A DNA stretch of 64,000 bases from Candidatus Omnitrophota bacterium (GCA_041651115.1 JBAZJY010000002.1:414855-478854), one strand, 5' to 3'. Numbered from the stretch's first letter, positions 48,151 to 58,714 are shown. Numbers and translations: made by a program. The notes: a model not told the origin generated them from the letters alone.

Positions 48151-49109
48151 ATGTCCTGAAACGCGCAAAATCAGTGCTTGATATTGAAGCAAGGGCAGTC
48201 AGCGGCCTGAAGAAAAACATTAATAATGATTTCCGGGCGGCAATAAAATATATCTTTGATTCCAAGGGCAGGATAGTGGTTACCGGCGTAGGTAAGACCG
48301 GGATCATCGGCCAGAAATTTTCCGCCACCCTTTCTTCTACCGGAAGCCCAAGCCTGTTCCTGCATTCAGCCGAGGCAATCCACGGCGACCTGGGCCGGGT
48401 GACTAAAGACGACGTTGTGGTAATCCTCTCTTACAGCGGAGAAAGCGAAGAGATAAAAAAGCTTCTGCCGGTGCTCAAAAAAATCGGCAGTAAAATAATT
48501 TCCATCACCGGCAATACAAAATCACCGATGGCCCGTTACAGCGACGTGGTCCTGAATACGGAAATAAAAAAAGAGGCCTGTCCATTGGGTTTAGCGCCAA
48601 CCTCTTCAACAACCGCGATGCTGGCAATGTGCGACGCCCTGGCAGTCTGCCTTTTAGAATTAAAAGGCTTCAAAGAAAAGGACTTTGCTTTTTACCATCC
48701 GGGCGGGGCTTTGGGCAAACGCCTGCTTTTAAAAGTAGAAGACATTATGCGTAAAGGCCGCACCAATCCCGTGGTGAATGAGAACAAAAAAATATCCGAG
48801 GTGTTGATGAAAATTACCGAGGGCAGGGCAGGCAGCGCTTCAGTAGTCGGTAAAAACGGAAAATTACAGGGCATATTTACCGACGGAGACCTGCGCCGCC
48901 ATTTAGAGATTGATCCGGATTTATCCCTGCGCAAAGTGAAAGACGTGATGACTAAAAATCCTACGACAGTCAAGCCGCAGATGCTGGCGGCAGAGGCAAT
49001 GCGCATATTAAAAGACAAAAAAATAGATGAAGTGCCGGTAGTTGACGCAAAAGGAAAGCCTGTCGGGCTCTTGGATGTGCAGGACCTCTTAAGGGCCGGA
49101 TTAGTCTGA
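48141..49109 (+). CDS. kdsD: Arabinose-5-phosphate isomerase (SIS + tandem CBS; KpsF/GutQ family)
   Basis: SIS motif GVGKTGIIGQK and a C-terminal CBS pair. Confidence 0.88.
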   Translation: MGIDVLKRAKSVLDIEARAVSGLKKNINNDFRAAIKYIFDSKGRIVVTGVGKTGIIGQKFSATLSSTGSPSLFLHSAEAIHGDLGRVTKDDVVVILSYSGESEEIKKLLPVLKKIGSKIISITGNTKSPMARYSDVVLNTEIKKEACPLGLAPTSSTTAMLAMCDALAVCLLELKGFKEKDFAFYHPGGALGKRLLLKVEDIMRKGRTNPVVNENKKISEVLMKITEGRAGSASVVGKNGKLQGIFTDGDLRRHLEIDPDLSLRKVKDVMTKNPTTVKPQMLAAEAMRILKDKKIDEVPVVDAKGKPVGLLDVQDLLRAGLV

Positions 49110-49111
49110 TA

Positions 49112-49639
49112 ATGGATCAATATATCCTGGAAAAAGCGAGAAAGATCAAGCTGTTGTTATTGGACGTGGACGGCGTTTTGACCGACGGCCGGATCATCTA
49201 TGACTGCCGGGGCCACGATATGAAATTTTTCGATGTCCACGACGGCATGGGAGTTTATCTTTTAAAAAAAGCCGGTATCCCGACCATACTTATTACTGCC
49301 AAAGGCTCGCGGGCAATCAAGCCGCGGGCGCGCGATATGCAGGTTACCGAAGTATTCGCCGATATTTCCCCTAAGACGTCTGTTTTAGAGAGGATCCTGA
49401 AAAAATACAGCCTTGATCCATCCGAGGTATGTTTTGTCGGGGATGACCTGGTTGATCTCGGGCTGCTTAAGCGCGTAGGCTTGCCGATTGCGGTATTCAA
49501 TGCCTGCCCGGAAATAAAGCAGGTTTCCGCTTACGTTACTTTAAAGCTTGGCGGCCGCGGCGCGGTAAGGGAAGTCGCGGAAATGATCCTGAAATCTCAA
49601 GGGCTCTGGGAAGGGCTGGTTAAATCTTATGAGGCTTAG
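49112..49639 (+). CDS. kdsC: 3-deoxy-D-manno-octulosonate 8-phosphate phosphatase (HAD)
   Basis: LLLLDVDGVLTDGRIIY ... VCFVGDDLVD. Confidence 0.88.
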   Translation: MDQYILEKARKIKLLLLDVDGVLTDGRIIYDCRGHDMKFFDVHDGMGVYLLKKAGIPTILITAKGSRAIKPRARDMQVTEVFADISPKTSVLERILKKYSLDPSEVCFVGDDLVDLGLLKRVGLPIAVFNACPEIKQVSAYVTLKLGGRGAVREVAEMILKSQGLWEGLVKSYEA

Positions 49640-50552
49640 CATCGTTAGGGCGGCAGCCGGATTTTTTACCGCGGCATTATTATGCGCTGATCTTTCTTTT
49701 GCCGAAGTAATGCCGGTAGCAGCACCCGCAGAATCCGACCAGCAGATCAATGATTTTTCTTTTTCCGGTTACGGGGAAAGGGGTAAAAAAACCTGGGATA
49801 TCGCCGGTAAAAGCGCGGATATCTTTGCCGATAATATCAGGCTTAAGGAAATCACCGGGAATATGTACGGCGATGAAGATGTCAAGCTTACCGCGGAAAA
49901 AGGCGATTTCAATAAAGCCGAAGGAAAGATCCATTTGGAAGAAGACGTGGTGATCACCACTGAATCCGGGGCAAAGCTTACTACCGATTCCCTTGATTGG
50001 GACAGAAAGAACGACGTAGTGACCACGAAAGACAAGGTAAATATTGTCAGGGATAACCTGATTGCCGAGGCATTGGGCGCAATGGGCAAGCCCGCCTTAA
50101 GCAAGGTTAACCTGGAAAAAGAAGTAAAAGTGCAGATCATCCCGGAAAAAGATAAGGATCAACCGCCGGCAACCGAGGCAGAGAGAATAATCATTACCTG
50201 CGACGGGCCGCTGGCCATTGATTACGCGAAAAATTTTGCCACCTTCAGCAATAACGTAAGGGTGGATAGGGACGGTTCGCAGATCTACAGCGACACAATG
50301 GACGTTTATTTTAATACAGGGGCAAAGGCAGGCGCCCAGCCCGAAACAGCCGCTCAACCCGAGGCAGGCCTTTCTAACAGTAAGATTGAAAAGATCGTCT
50401 GCCGGGGAAACGTCAAGATCATCAGGGGGCCGAATGTTTCTTACAGCGATGAGGCAATATATTCCGCCCTGGAAAATAAGATCACGCTCTTAGGCAGGCC
50501 AAAACTCGTACTTTATTCTACGGAGGAAATGGATGCACCTTCTGGAAACTAA
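49629..50552 (+). CDS. LptA/OstA-family periplasmic LPS transport protein (possibly an LptC/LptA-like tandem)
   Basis: Signal peptide plus repeated OstA-N-like beta-jellyroll pattern. It sits directly upstream of lptB. Confidence 0.65.
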   Translation: MRLSIVRAAAGFFTAALLCADLSFAEVMPVAAPAESDQQINDFSFSGYGERGKKTWDIAGKSADIFADNIRLKEITGNMYGDEDVKLTAEKGDFNKAEGKIHLEEDVVITTESGAKLTTDSLDWDRKNDVVTTKDKVNIVRDNLIAEALGAMGKPALSKVNLEKEVKVQIIPEKDKDQPPATEAERIIITCDGPLAIDYAKNFATFSNNVRVDRDGSQIYSDTMDVYFNTGAKAGAQPETAAQPEAGLSNSKIEKIVCRGNVKIIRGPNVSYSDEAIYSALENKITLLGRPKLVLYSTEEMDAPSGN

Positions 50553-51255
50553 AGACCTGTGTAAATCTTATGACGGCAGGCAAGTAGTCCGGGGAGTGGA
50601 CATACTGGTAAAGCGCGGCGAGATCGTCGGGCTTTTAGGCCCCAACGGCGCCGGAAAGACCACTACCTTTTATATGATCGTCGGGATCATCCAGCCCAAT
50701 AAGGGAAAGATAATCTTTGATAATGAAGAGATCACCTCTTGCCCCATACATGAGCGGGCGCGCTTCGGCATCGGCTACCTGGCGCAGGAACCGTCGATCT
50801 TCCGCAAGCTCACCGTAGAAGACAATATAATGGCGATACTTGAAACAATGCCGTTGAACAGCCGGCAGAGGCAGGAAAGGCTTATAAGCCTGCTTAATGA
50901 GCTGAATATCGCGCATTTACGCAAAAGCCGGGCCTATACGCTTTCCGGCGGAGAGCGCAGAAGGCTGGAGATCACCCGCGCCCTGGTAACTAATCCTTCG
51001 TTTATATTGCTGGATGAACCGTTTTCCGGCATTGACCCGATTGTCGTCAGCGAGGCGCAGGAGATCATCAAGGAATTAAGGGCAAAGGGGCTGGGTATAT
51101 TGCTTACCGACCATAATGTAAGGGAGACTCTTTCGATCACCGACAGGGCTTATCTGATCGCCGAAGGAAAAATCCTGATTTCCGGGACTGCCGATGAATT
51201 GATTAATAATTCCAAGGCAAGGGAAATTTACCTGGGTGAAAAGTTCAGGATGTAA
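50533..51255 (+). CDS. lptB: LPS export ABC transporter ATP-binding protein
   Basis: Walker A GPNGAGKTT, signature LSGGERRRLEI, Walker B ILLDEP. Confidence 0.9.
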   Translation: MHLLETKDLCKSYDGRQVVRGVDILVKRGEIVGLLGPNGAGKTTTFYMIVGIIQPNKGKIIFDNEEITSCPIHERARFGIGYLAQEPSIFRKLTVEDNIMAILETMPLNSRQRQERLISLLNELNIAHLRKSRAYTLSGGERRRLEITRALVTNPSFILLDEPFSGIDPIVVSEAQEIIKELRAKGLGILLTDHNVRETLSITDRAYLIAEGKILISGTADELINNSKAREIYLGEKFRM

Positions 51256-51279
51256 TAACAGAAAAACAACGAGGAGACA

Positions 51280-52152
51280 ATGAAAACCGAAGTCAAAAAA
51301 ATCGACAGCACTAAGAGAGAGATCAACATTGAAGTCAGCGGAGAGATCGTAAAGAATAAATTCGAGGAAGCGTTCAAAAAACTTAATCAGGAGGCAAAGG
51401 TTTCCGGCTTCAGGCCGGGCCATGTGCCGCGCGATATCCTGGAAAAGAATTTTTCTTCCGCTGCCAACGAGTTTGTGCTCAAGGAACTGATCCCGGAGGT
51501 TTACGGCAAGGCCCTGGAAAAGGAATCGCTGGACGTCATTGATATGCCCGACATTAGCGACGTAAAGCTGGACAGGAACACGCTGTCGTTTAAGGCCAGC
51601 GTAGAAGTCAGCCCCGAGATAGACATTAAAAATTATAAAGGCATAAAGGTCGGTTACAAAAAAGTAGAAGTGACCCTTGATGATATAAAGCGGTTTGTGG
51701 ATTCCCTTAAGGAATCAAGGCATATAGATACGGTAGACGATGCCTTTGCCCGCAGCCTCGGCTATCCAAGCCTGTCCCAACTTGAGAAGTTCGTGGAAAC
51801 GCAGCTTTATATCCAGAAGCAGAATCAGGAACATAAGAGGATAGAGAATGATCTGATTGAAAACCTGACCAAAGGCCTTGATTTTAAGATACCGCAGTCA
51901 ATGGTGAGCCGTCAGTTGCAGGAAATGTCACGCCAGGCAAAACTGGATATGGCGATCAAGGGAATGCCGCGCGAAGAGATTGATAAGCGGGAAAAGCAAA
52001 TCTCCGACGAATTGGCTCCCGAGGCAAAAAAGCAGGTTAAGATATACCTGGTATTGTCGGAGATCGCCCGCAAGGAGAATATACCCCTTGACGATCACAT
52101 GCCGCAAAGGGTTTTGGAATTTTTGTTGAAGGAAGCAGACTGGAAGGAATAG
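51280..52152 (+). CDS. tig: Trigger-factor-like chaperone apparently lacking the PPIase domain
   Basis: The N-terminal ribosome-binding domain (GFRPGHVPRDILEKNF) is joined directly to a C-terminal arm-like domain. 290 aa, against about 430 for canonical Tig. It is upstream of clpP, as for tig. Confidence 0.65.
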   Translation: MKTEVKKIDSTKREINIEVSGEIVKNKFEEAFKKLNQEAKVSGFRPGHVPRDILEKNFSSAANEFVLKELIPEVYGKALEKESLDVIDMPDISDVKLDRNTLSFKASVEVSPEIDIKNYKGIKVGYKKVEVTLDDIKRFVDSLKESRHIDTVDDAFARSLGYPSLSQLEKFVETQLYIQKQNQEHKRIENDLIENLTKGLDFKIPQSMVSRQLQEMSRQAKLDMAIKGMPREEIDKREKQISDELAPEAKKQVKIYLVLSEIARKENIPLDDHMPQRVLEFLLKEADWKE

Positions 52153-52180
52153 TCCCGACAGCTAATTAGAAGGAGGTAAT

Positions 52181-52789
52181 ATGGACGCGAAGATGCAGAC
52201 TTTGGTTCCTATGGTTATTGAGCAAACCAGCCGCGGTTATGAGCGGGCATACGACATTTATTCGCGGCTCTTAAAAGACCGCATCGTTTTTGTCGGCACG
52301 CCGATTGACGATTTTATCGCCAATCTGATCATTGCCCAAATGCTTTTTCTGCAGATGGAAGATTCGACCAAGGATATCAGCGTCTATATCAATTCTCCCG
52401 GAGGATCGGTTACTGCCGGCCTCGCCATCTACGATACAATGCAGTTTTTGAAATGCGACGTAGCAACCTATTGTATTGGCCAGGCAGCGAGTATGGGCGC
52501 AGTGCTTTTATCCGCCGGCACAAAAGGCAAGCGTTTTGTCCTGCCGAATTCCCGCGTAATGATCCATCAGCCCTGGGGAGGAGTGCAGGGAGCGGCAATA
52601 GACATCTCCATCCAGGCAAAGGAAATCTTAAAGCTGCGCGATAAGATCAATGAAATACTCTCTGCTCACACGGGCCAGAGCCTGGAAAAGATCCAGAAAG
52701 ACACGGACAGGGATTATTTTATGTCCGCGCAAGAAGCAAAAGATTACGGCCTCGTTGATGAGGTAGTTCCGCCAGGCAAGAAAAAATAA
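52181..52789 (+). CDS. clpP: ATP-dependent Clp protease proteolytic subunit
   Basis: [15 protein letters not shown] ... [12 protein letters not shown] ... MIHQP catalytic triad context. Confidence 0.92.
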   Translation: MDAKMQTLVPMVIEQTSRGYERAYDIYSRLLKDRIVFVGTPIDDFIANLIIAQMLFLQMEDSTKDISVYINSPGGSVTAGLAIYDTMQFLKCDVATYCIGQAASMGAVLLSAGTKGKRFVLPNSRVMIHQPWGGVQGAAIDISIQAKEILKLRDKINEILSAHTGQSLEKIQKDTDRDYFMSAQEAKDYGLVDEVVPPGKKK

Positions 52790-52808
52790 TAATCAGGAGG
52801 AATTCAGC

Positions 52809-53945
52809 ATGAAAAAGAATTATTTATTGACTCCCGGGCCAACGCCTTTGCCGCCGGAGGTTTGTGAGGCGCAAGCGCGTCCGATCATTCATCACCGCAC
52901 CCCGCAGTTCCAGGCGGTATTAAAAGAGGTCACCGAGGGCCTGAAATATATTTTTCAGACTTCCGGGGACGTATTGATCCTGACTTCTTCCGGTACGGGC
53001 GCGATGGAAGCCGCGGTAGTCAATTTATTATCTGCCGGTGATACGGCGATCACCGTTGAAGGCGGAAAATTCGGCGAGAGATGGACCGAACTCTGCGCTG
53101 CCTACGGCGTTAAGGCAGAGGTAATCAAGGTAGAATGGGGCAAAGCAGTTGACCCCAAGGAAATCGAGAAAAAATTAAAAGCCAATCCCGCCATTAAGGC
53201 GGTATTTACCACTTTGTGCGAAACCTCTACCGGCGTGGCTAACGATATTGAAGCGATCGGCAAAGTCGTAAAAGATTCTGATGCGGTCCTGGTAGTGGAC
53301 GCGATCAGCGGCTTAGGCGCGATCGACCTGAAGACCGACGCCTGGCTGGTTGATGTCTGCGTTTCCGGATCGCAGAAAGGCCTGATGCTTCCGCCGGGCC
53401 TGGCATTTGTTTCGGTGAGTAAAAAGGCCTGGGCAAAAGTTGACGCCTCCAAAAGCCCGAAATATTATTTTAATTTGAAAGCGGCAAAAAAAGCCGCAGA
53501 GAAGACCGATACGACATTTACTCCGGCGATCTCGCTGGTGATGGCTTTGGCTGAAGCTTTGAAGCTGATGCGCGCGGATTCACTGGAAAATATCTTTAGC
53601 CGGCACGCGAAAATGGCGCAAGCCACGCGAGCGGCAATGCAGGCATTGGGTTTGGCATTATTCGCGCCGGATGCCGCTTCCGACGTAGTTACGGCAGTAA
53701 AAGTGCCGGAAGGCATAGACGGCGAAAAATTAGTCAAGACCATGCGCGATACTTACGGCGTAACCATTGCCGGCGGACAGTCGGAAATGAAGGGCAAGAT
53801 ATTCCGTATCGCGCATATGGGCTATATCGGTGAATTTGATATTATTATGGGTATTTCCTGCTTGGAAAAAGTCCTTAAGCAGATGGGTTATAAGTTTGAA
53901 CTCGGCGCCGGCATCAAGGCCGCAGAGGAAGTGTTCTTAAAGTAA
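52809..53945 (+). CDS. Class-V aminotransferase (phosphoserine / serine-pyruvate aminotransferase type)
   Basis: LTPGPTPLPPEV N-terminus and a PLP-lysine region (SGSQKGLMLPPGL). It sits upstream of serA. Confidence 0.75.
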   Translation: MKKNYLLTPGPTPLPPEVCEAQARPIIHHRTPQFQAVLKEVTEGLKYIFQTSGDVLILTSSGTGAMEAAVVNLLSAGDTAITVEGGKFGERWTELCAAYGVKAEVIKVEWGKAVDPKEIEKKLKANPAIKAVFTTLCETSTGVANDIEAIGKVVKDSDAVLVVDAISGLGAIDLKTDAWLVDVCVSGSQKGLMLPPGLAFVSVSKKAWAKVDASKSPKYYFNLKAAKKAAEKTDTTFTPAISLVMALAEALKLMRADSLENIFSRHAKMAQATRAAMQALGLALFAPDAASDVVTAVKVPEGIDGEKLVKTMRDTYGVTIAGGQSEMKGKIFRIAHMGYIGEFDIIMGISCLEKVLKQMGYKFELGAGIKAAEEVFLK

Positions 53946-53976
53946 AAAGAGACGCTTATTAATATTTGATACCTTT

Positions 53977-54094
53977 GGTTAAGTTATTGGGTTAAGGTTA
54001 AGAAGCCAGTATGGTGGGTAGGTTATGGTTGAGTATCAACGACCTAACCTTAACCCTTAAACCATACCGGCATCCTAACCATAACCATAACCAA
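53977..54094. repeat. Family-A palindromic intergenic repeat, copy 3
   Basis: ggttaagttattgggttaaggttaagaagccagtatggt...ccataccggcatcctaacc. Confidence 0.85.
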
Positions 54095-54136
54095 ATTTAT
54101 TCCAGGAATATAAATTTTAGCAATGGAGGTTGTTAA

Positions 54137-55723
54137 ATGATCAAAATATTAGTCAGTGACGCGCTATCGGATGAGGGCATTAAGATACTTAAGGACGTCA
54201 AGGATTTTCAGGTTGACGTCAATACCGAATTAAAGCCGGATACCCTTAAAGAAGCGATCAAGAATTATGACGCGCTGATCGTCAGGAGCGCGACCAAGGT
54301 CACCCGCGATATCATTAATGCCGCGGATAAGCTCAAAGTCATCGGCCGCGCCGGCGTGGGCCTTGATAACGTGGACCTGGACGCTGCCACGCAAAAAGGG
54401 ATCATCGTGATGAATACGCCTGCCGGCAATACTATCTCAACCGCGGAACACACGATGAGCATGATCCTTTCGCTTTCCCGTAATATCCCGCAGGCAAACA
54501 GCTCAACGAAGAAAGGCGAATGGAAGCGCTCAAAATTCATGGGCGTGGAATTATACACTAAAGTTTTGGGTATTGTCGGATTTGGCAGGATCGGCGGTGA
54601 GGTTGCCAAGCGTGCTTTTTCTTTCGGGATGAAAGTATTGGCATTTGACCCGTTCCTTTCGCGTGAGGTCGCCGAGAGCCTGGGGGTAGAGGTAGTGGAA
54701 TTAAAGGACCTCCTCGGCCGCGCGGATTATATTACCGTGCATACTCCGCTTACCGAAGAAACGCGGCATATGATCTCTGCGGAAGAATTCGCGATCATGA
54801 AAAAAGGCGTGCGCGTGGTCAATTGCGCGCGCGGAGGCATTATTGACGAGGCGGCCCTGGTGCAGGCGATAAAAGAAGGAAAGGTCGCGGGCGCGGCGCT
54901 CGATGTTTTTGAAAAAGAGCCTTTGTCGCCGGATAGCGAGCTCCTAAAAGTAGATAATATTATTGCCACTCCTCACTTGGGCGCGTCTACTGAAGAAGCA
55001 CAGGTCAATGTGGCCATTGAAGTGGCGGAGATCGTGCGCGACGCGCTTCTGGGTAAGGGTATACGTAATGCCGCTAATTATCCATGCCTTGAGGCGGAAG
55101 TATGCAATATCCTTGAGCCGTATATTAACCTTTCGGAAAAACTGGGAATATTTTCCGGCCAGTTGGTAGAAGGCAGGTTCCAGGAATTAAGCATAACTTA
55201 CAGCGGGGAAATCATCCAGTATAATTTAAGCCCGTTGACTATGGCGCTGGTAAAGGGCATACTTTCCCCGATATTAAAGGAAACGGTAAATTTTATCAAT
55301 GCCGTAAGCCTGGCGCGGGAAAGGGGAATAAATGTCCGGGAATCAAAGTCTTCCAAAGAGGGCGAATTCGTAAATTTGATCCAGCTGGAAATAAGGACCG
55401 ATAAAGAGACCAAAAAGATCGCCGGCACGCTTTCCGCGAACAAACAGCCGCGCATCGTCAAGATCGACGAGAGCTATATGGAAGTTACTCCGGTGGGAGA
55501 AATGATCGTCATGCAAAATTGGGACCGGCCGGGTATTATCGGCAGCCTCGGTACGTTGATGGGTAAGCACAATATTAATATCGCGGCAATGACCTTTGGC
55601 CGCCGGGAGCGCGGAGGCAAAGCTACTTCCGTGTTGAACGTAGACAGCCCGATCTCTCCTGAAGTATTGGAAAGCATCCGGAAAACGGAAAACGTCTTGG
55701 AAGTAAAGATTATCAGGATATGA
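54137..55723 (+). CDS. serA: D-3-phosphoglycerate dehydrogenase (with ASB and ACT domains)
   Basis: GIVGFGRIGGEVAKRA NAD site and the catalytic R/E/H pattern; 528 aa. Confidence 0.9.
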   Translation: MIKILVSDALSDEGIKILKDVKDFQVDVNTELKPDTLKEAIKNYDALIVRSATKVTRDIINAADKLKVIGRAGVGLDNVDLDAATQKGIIVMNTPAGNTISTAEHTMSMILSLSRNIPQANSSTKKGEWKRSKFMGVELYTKVLGIVGFGRIGGEVAKRAFSFGMKVLAFDPFLSREVAESLGVEVVELKDLLGRADYITVHTPLTEETRHMISAEEFAIMKKGVRVVNCARGGIIDEAALVQAIKEGKVAGAALDVFEKEPLSPDSELLKVDNIIATPHLGASTEEAQVNVAIEVAEIVRDALLGKGIRNAANYPCLEAEVCNILEPYINLSEKLGIFSGQLVEGRFQELSITYSGEIIQYNLSPLTMALVKGILSPILKETVNFINAVSLARERGINVRESKSSKEGEFVNLIQLEIRTDKETKKIAGTLSANKQPRIVKIDESYMEVTPVGEMIVMQNWDRPGIIGSLGTLMGKHNINIAAMTFGRRERGGKATSVLNVDSPISPEVLESIRKTENVLEVKIIRI

Positions 55724-57450
55724 TAAATAAATTAAAAATTATTTTCGCGTTTTTCATTTTAGGCCTTGCGTTTAATTGTTATGCCGAAGAGATAACGCTG
55801 ATCTATACCGGCGATACGCACGCAGCGCTTTATCCATGCCATTGCCCGAAGGAGCCGGATGGCGGCATCAGCCGCAGGGCGACCCTGATCAATAAATTAA
55901 GGAAAGGCTCAGCTGCCAGCCTGGTCCTGGATTCAGGCGGATTCTTTGCCGGAGGGGCCTTTGATGAAAATGCTCAAAATACCCAGCTTGACATGCAGCG
56001 CACAGCAACAAACATCCGGGCAATGGAGTTGATGCGTTATGACGCCGCCCTTGTTTCTAATGACGAATTTAATTTCGGGCCGGAGTTCCTTAAACAGTCC
56101 GCTGCCGGGGCAAAATTTGCTTTTCTTTCCTGCGATGTCGCCCTGGATGGCCTTGCCGCCTTTATTATTAAGGAAATTTCCGGGATTAAGGTCGGCATAG
56201 CCGGCGTAACCGGGATCTCCGCGCAGCGGAAAGCTGCCGGGATAAAATCCATTGATCCGAAGGCAGCGGTCAGGATGACGGTGGAGGAAATTAAAAAGAA
56301 GAACGCGGAGATTATTATCCTGCTCAGCGGATTATCGGAAAGCGATAATGCGGAACTGGCGAAAGAAGTGCCGGGCATAGACATCATTATCAGTAACCGC
56401 GGCAAGACAAAAAAGGAAAAAGCAGTAAAGTCCGGGACAGCCTTAATGCTCAATCCGGCTTGGCAGGGAAGGAAATTAACCAAGGTTGCCGTCGCGTTAA
56501 AGGGCCGTAAGCTTGCCGATTATAAATCGGAAGACCTGCGGCTTTCTTCAGAGATCGCCGATGACCCGGCTGTATCGGCAATCCGGCCGCAATGTTTTTC
56601 CGATTATGACTGCAGGAAAAAAGGCATGTCCGGCTCTTGTAAGAATCCGGGAAACGTTAATGCCGAATGCCGTTTTAGCGAACCTGCGAAGGTCAGCCTT
56701 ACCGTGGTTGTTCCCAAAGACTGCCGGGTATGCGACACCAGGCCGCTGGTGGATTATTTAAAAAACCACCTCCCCGGGCTTGCGGTCTCCCAGGTGCGTT
56801 ATCCTTCACCTGAAGCGGATAAGTTGATCAAGGCTTGCGGGGTAAAAGCCCTGCCGCTTTATCTTTTAGGCAAAGAAGTGGAAAATCAACCGTTTTTTTA
56901 CGCCCAGCTTAAAAAGGCATCTGAAGATAAAGGCGAATTTTATATGCTCAAACCGGCATATACCGGGATATCTTATCTCTTAGAGAGAGACCCGATTAAA
57001 GGCAGGCTTGACCTGTTCGTCAGCTTGTTCGGGAAAGACGCAAAAGTTTCGGTGGATGCCGCAAAGGAATTCAATCCTTCGCTGCATTTCCTGGTTTTTC
57101 AAAAAGACGGCGCATTCAGCGCTGCCAAGGGCACGCCTGAGATTGAGGAAAGCCTGCGCAGCGTTTGCGTAAAAAAATATTATCCCGGATTATTTTTAGA
57201 TTATATCGGCTGCCGGATGAAAGCCATTGACAGTACCTGGTGGCAGGATTGCGCCGCAGGCATGGATCATGCGCAAATCGCCTCCTGCGCAAAAAGCGAG
57301 GAAGGCGCCGGGCTGCTTAGGGAGAATATCAGCCTTAATCAGGAGGCCCAGGTAACGATCGGGCCGTCTTATCTTATGGATAATATTGAAATGTTCGCGA
57401 TCGAAGGTAAACCTGCTCCGGAAGACTTGAGGAAAGTCATAAAAAAGTGA
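55720..57450 (+). CDS. Secreted cysteine-rich two-part protein: N-terminal metallophosphoesterase/5'-nucleotidase-like fold and C-terminal thioredoxin/DsbA-like region
   Basis: Signal peptide MINKLKIIFAFFILGLAFNCYA. ITLIYTGDTHAALYPCHCP resembles a 5'-NT-like N-terminus. DCRVCD (CxxC) sits in a Trx-like context. The domain calls are tentative. Confidence 0.5.
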   Translation: MINKLKIIFAFFILGLAFNCYAEEITLIYTGDTHAALYPCHCPKEPDGGISRRATLINKLRKGSAASLVLDSGGFFAGGAFDENAQNTQLDMQRTATNIRAMELMRYDAALVSNDEFNFGPEFLKQSAAGAKFAFLSCDVALDGLAAFIIKEISGIKVGIAGVTGISAQRKAAGIKSIDPKAAVRMTVEEIKKKNAEIIILLSGLSESDNAELAKEVPGIDIIISNRGKTKKEKAVKSGTALMLNPAWQGRKLTKVAVALKGRKLADYKSEDLRLSSEIADDPAVSAIRPQCFSDYDCRKKGMSGSCKNPGNVNAECRFSEPAKVSLTVVVPKDCRVCDTRPLVDYLKNHLPGLAVSQVRYPSPEADKLIKACGVKALPLYLLGKEVENQPFFYAQLKKASEDKGEFYMLKPAYTGISYLLERDPIKGRLDLFVSLFGKDAKVSVDAAKEFNPSLHFLVFQKDGAFSAAKGTPEIEESLRSVCVKKYYPGLFLDYIGCRMKAIDSTWWQDCAAGMDHAQIASCAKSEEGAGLLRENISLNQEAQVTIGPSYLMDNIEMFAIEGKPAPEDLRKVIKK

Positions 57451-57457
57451 GGCAATT

Positions 57458-58693
57458 ATGGCAAAACCAAAAATCTATTTGATTGACGTTACAAACCGCG
57501 ACGGCGTGCAAACATCAAGGATCTGCCTTTCTAAGCTTGAGAAGACAATGATCAACGTGTATCTTAACGAGATGGGCGTATTCCAGTCGGAATTCGGTTT
57601 TCCCGTCACGCGCCATGAGACTAATTACCTTAACGCCAATCTCGAGCTTTCCAAGTCAGGCGCGCTTGCGCCGATAAGGCTTGAAGGCTGGATCCGCGCG
57701 ACAAAAGAAGACGTGAAGACCGCCTTTAAGCTGCTGCCGCAGATAAAACACTTGAATTTATCGATCTCTACTTCCGATCAAATGATCGTGCATAAATTCA
57801 AGGGCAAGCTTGACCATCAGTCGGTGATTGATGAAATGGGCGATGCGGTAAAGAGCGCCTACAAAGCAGGCGCTGAATCCATCGGCGTGAATGCCGAAGA
57901 TGCCTCGCGCACGCGCATGGAATATCTTATTGAGTTTGCGCAGGCCGCCAAAGCTGCCGGCGCATGCAGGATCCGTTATTGCGATACGCTTGGCTGCGAC
58001 AGCCCGTTTACGATCTATGAAAGGATAAAGCTTTTGGCGGAAGCGGTCCAGATGCCCGTAGAGATACACTGTCATAACGACCTGGGGCTGGTGGTAGCCA
58101 ATTCCATTTCCGGGGCAAAGGCTGCTAATGACGCCGGGGTGGACGCTTATATAAATACCTGCGTTAACGGGATGGGCGAACGCGCGGGAAATGCCGATCT
58201 TGTTTCCGTGATCCTCGCGCTTAAATATGCGAATGGCCTGAGCGATTATCATCTTGACGAGCGGATAAGCCTCAAGGTTGCCTGGAAAATATGCAAATAT
58301 GCCTCTTATGCGTTTGGAGTGCCGATACCGATCAACCAGCCGGGCATAGGCAGTAATGCCTTTGCGCATGAATCCGGTATACATGCCGACGGCGCTTTAA
58401 AAGACAGGCGCAATTATGAGCTTTATGATTTTGAAGAACTGGGCCGCGGGGAGCCGGAGATCATTGAGACCGGCAGGAAAATTACCGCCGGAGAATATTC
58501 CGGTATAAAGGGTTTCCGCAACGTCTATGAGAAGCTGGAAGTCGCGTTTGCCGATGATGATGAGGCGGCAAAGGTGCTGGAGTTAGTGCGTTATGCCAAT
58601 GTCCATAACCAAAAGCCTCTGGTTGACGATGAATTAAAGTTCATCGCCAAATATCCCGACATTGCCTGTAAGATATTCACCATGAACCCGTAA
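57458..58693 (+). CDS. HMGL-like DRE-TIM metallolyase (2-isopropylmalate / citramalate / homocitrate synthase family, without the LeuA regulatory domain)
   Basis: DVTNRDGVQT ... HCHNDLGLVVANSISGAKAANDAG; 411 aa. Confidence 0.7.
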   Translation: MAKPKIYLIDVTNRDGVQTSRICLSKLEKTMINVYLNEMGVFQSEFGFPVTRHETNYLNANLELSKSGALAPIRLEGWIRATKEDVKTAFKLLPQIKHLNLSISTSDQMIVHKFKGKLDHQSVIDEMGDAVKSAYKAGAESIGVNAEDASRTRMEYLIEFAQAAKAAGACRIRYCDTLGCDSPFTIYERIKLLAEAVQMPVEIHCHNDLGLVVANSISGAKAANDAGVDAYINTCVNGMGERAGNADLVSVILALKYANGLSDYHLDERISLKVAWKICKYASYAFGVPIPINQPGIGSNAFAHESGIHADGALKDRRNYELYDFEELGRGEPEIIETGRKITAGEYSGIKGFRNVYEKLEVAFADDDEAAKVLELVRYANVHNQKPLVDDELKFIAKYPDIACKIFTMNP

Positions 58694-58714
58694 GTACAGC
58701 GCGAGGAAAGATAA

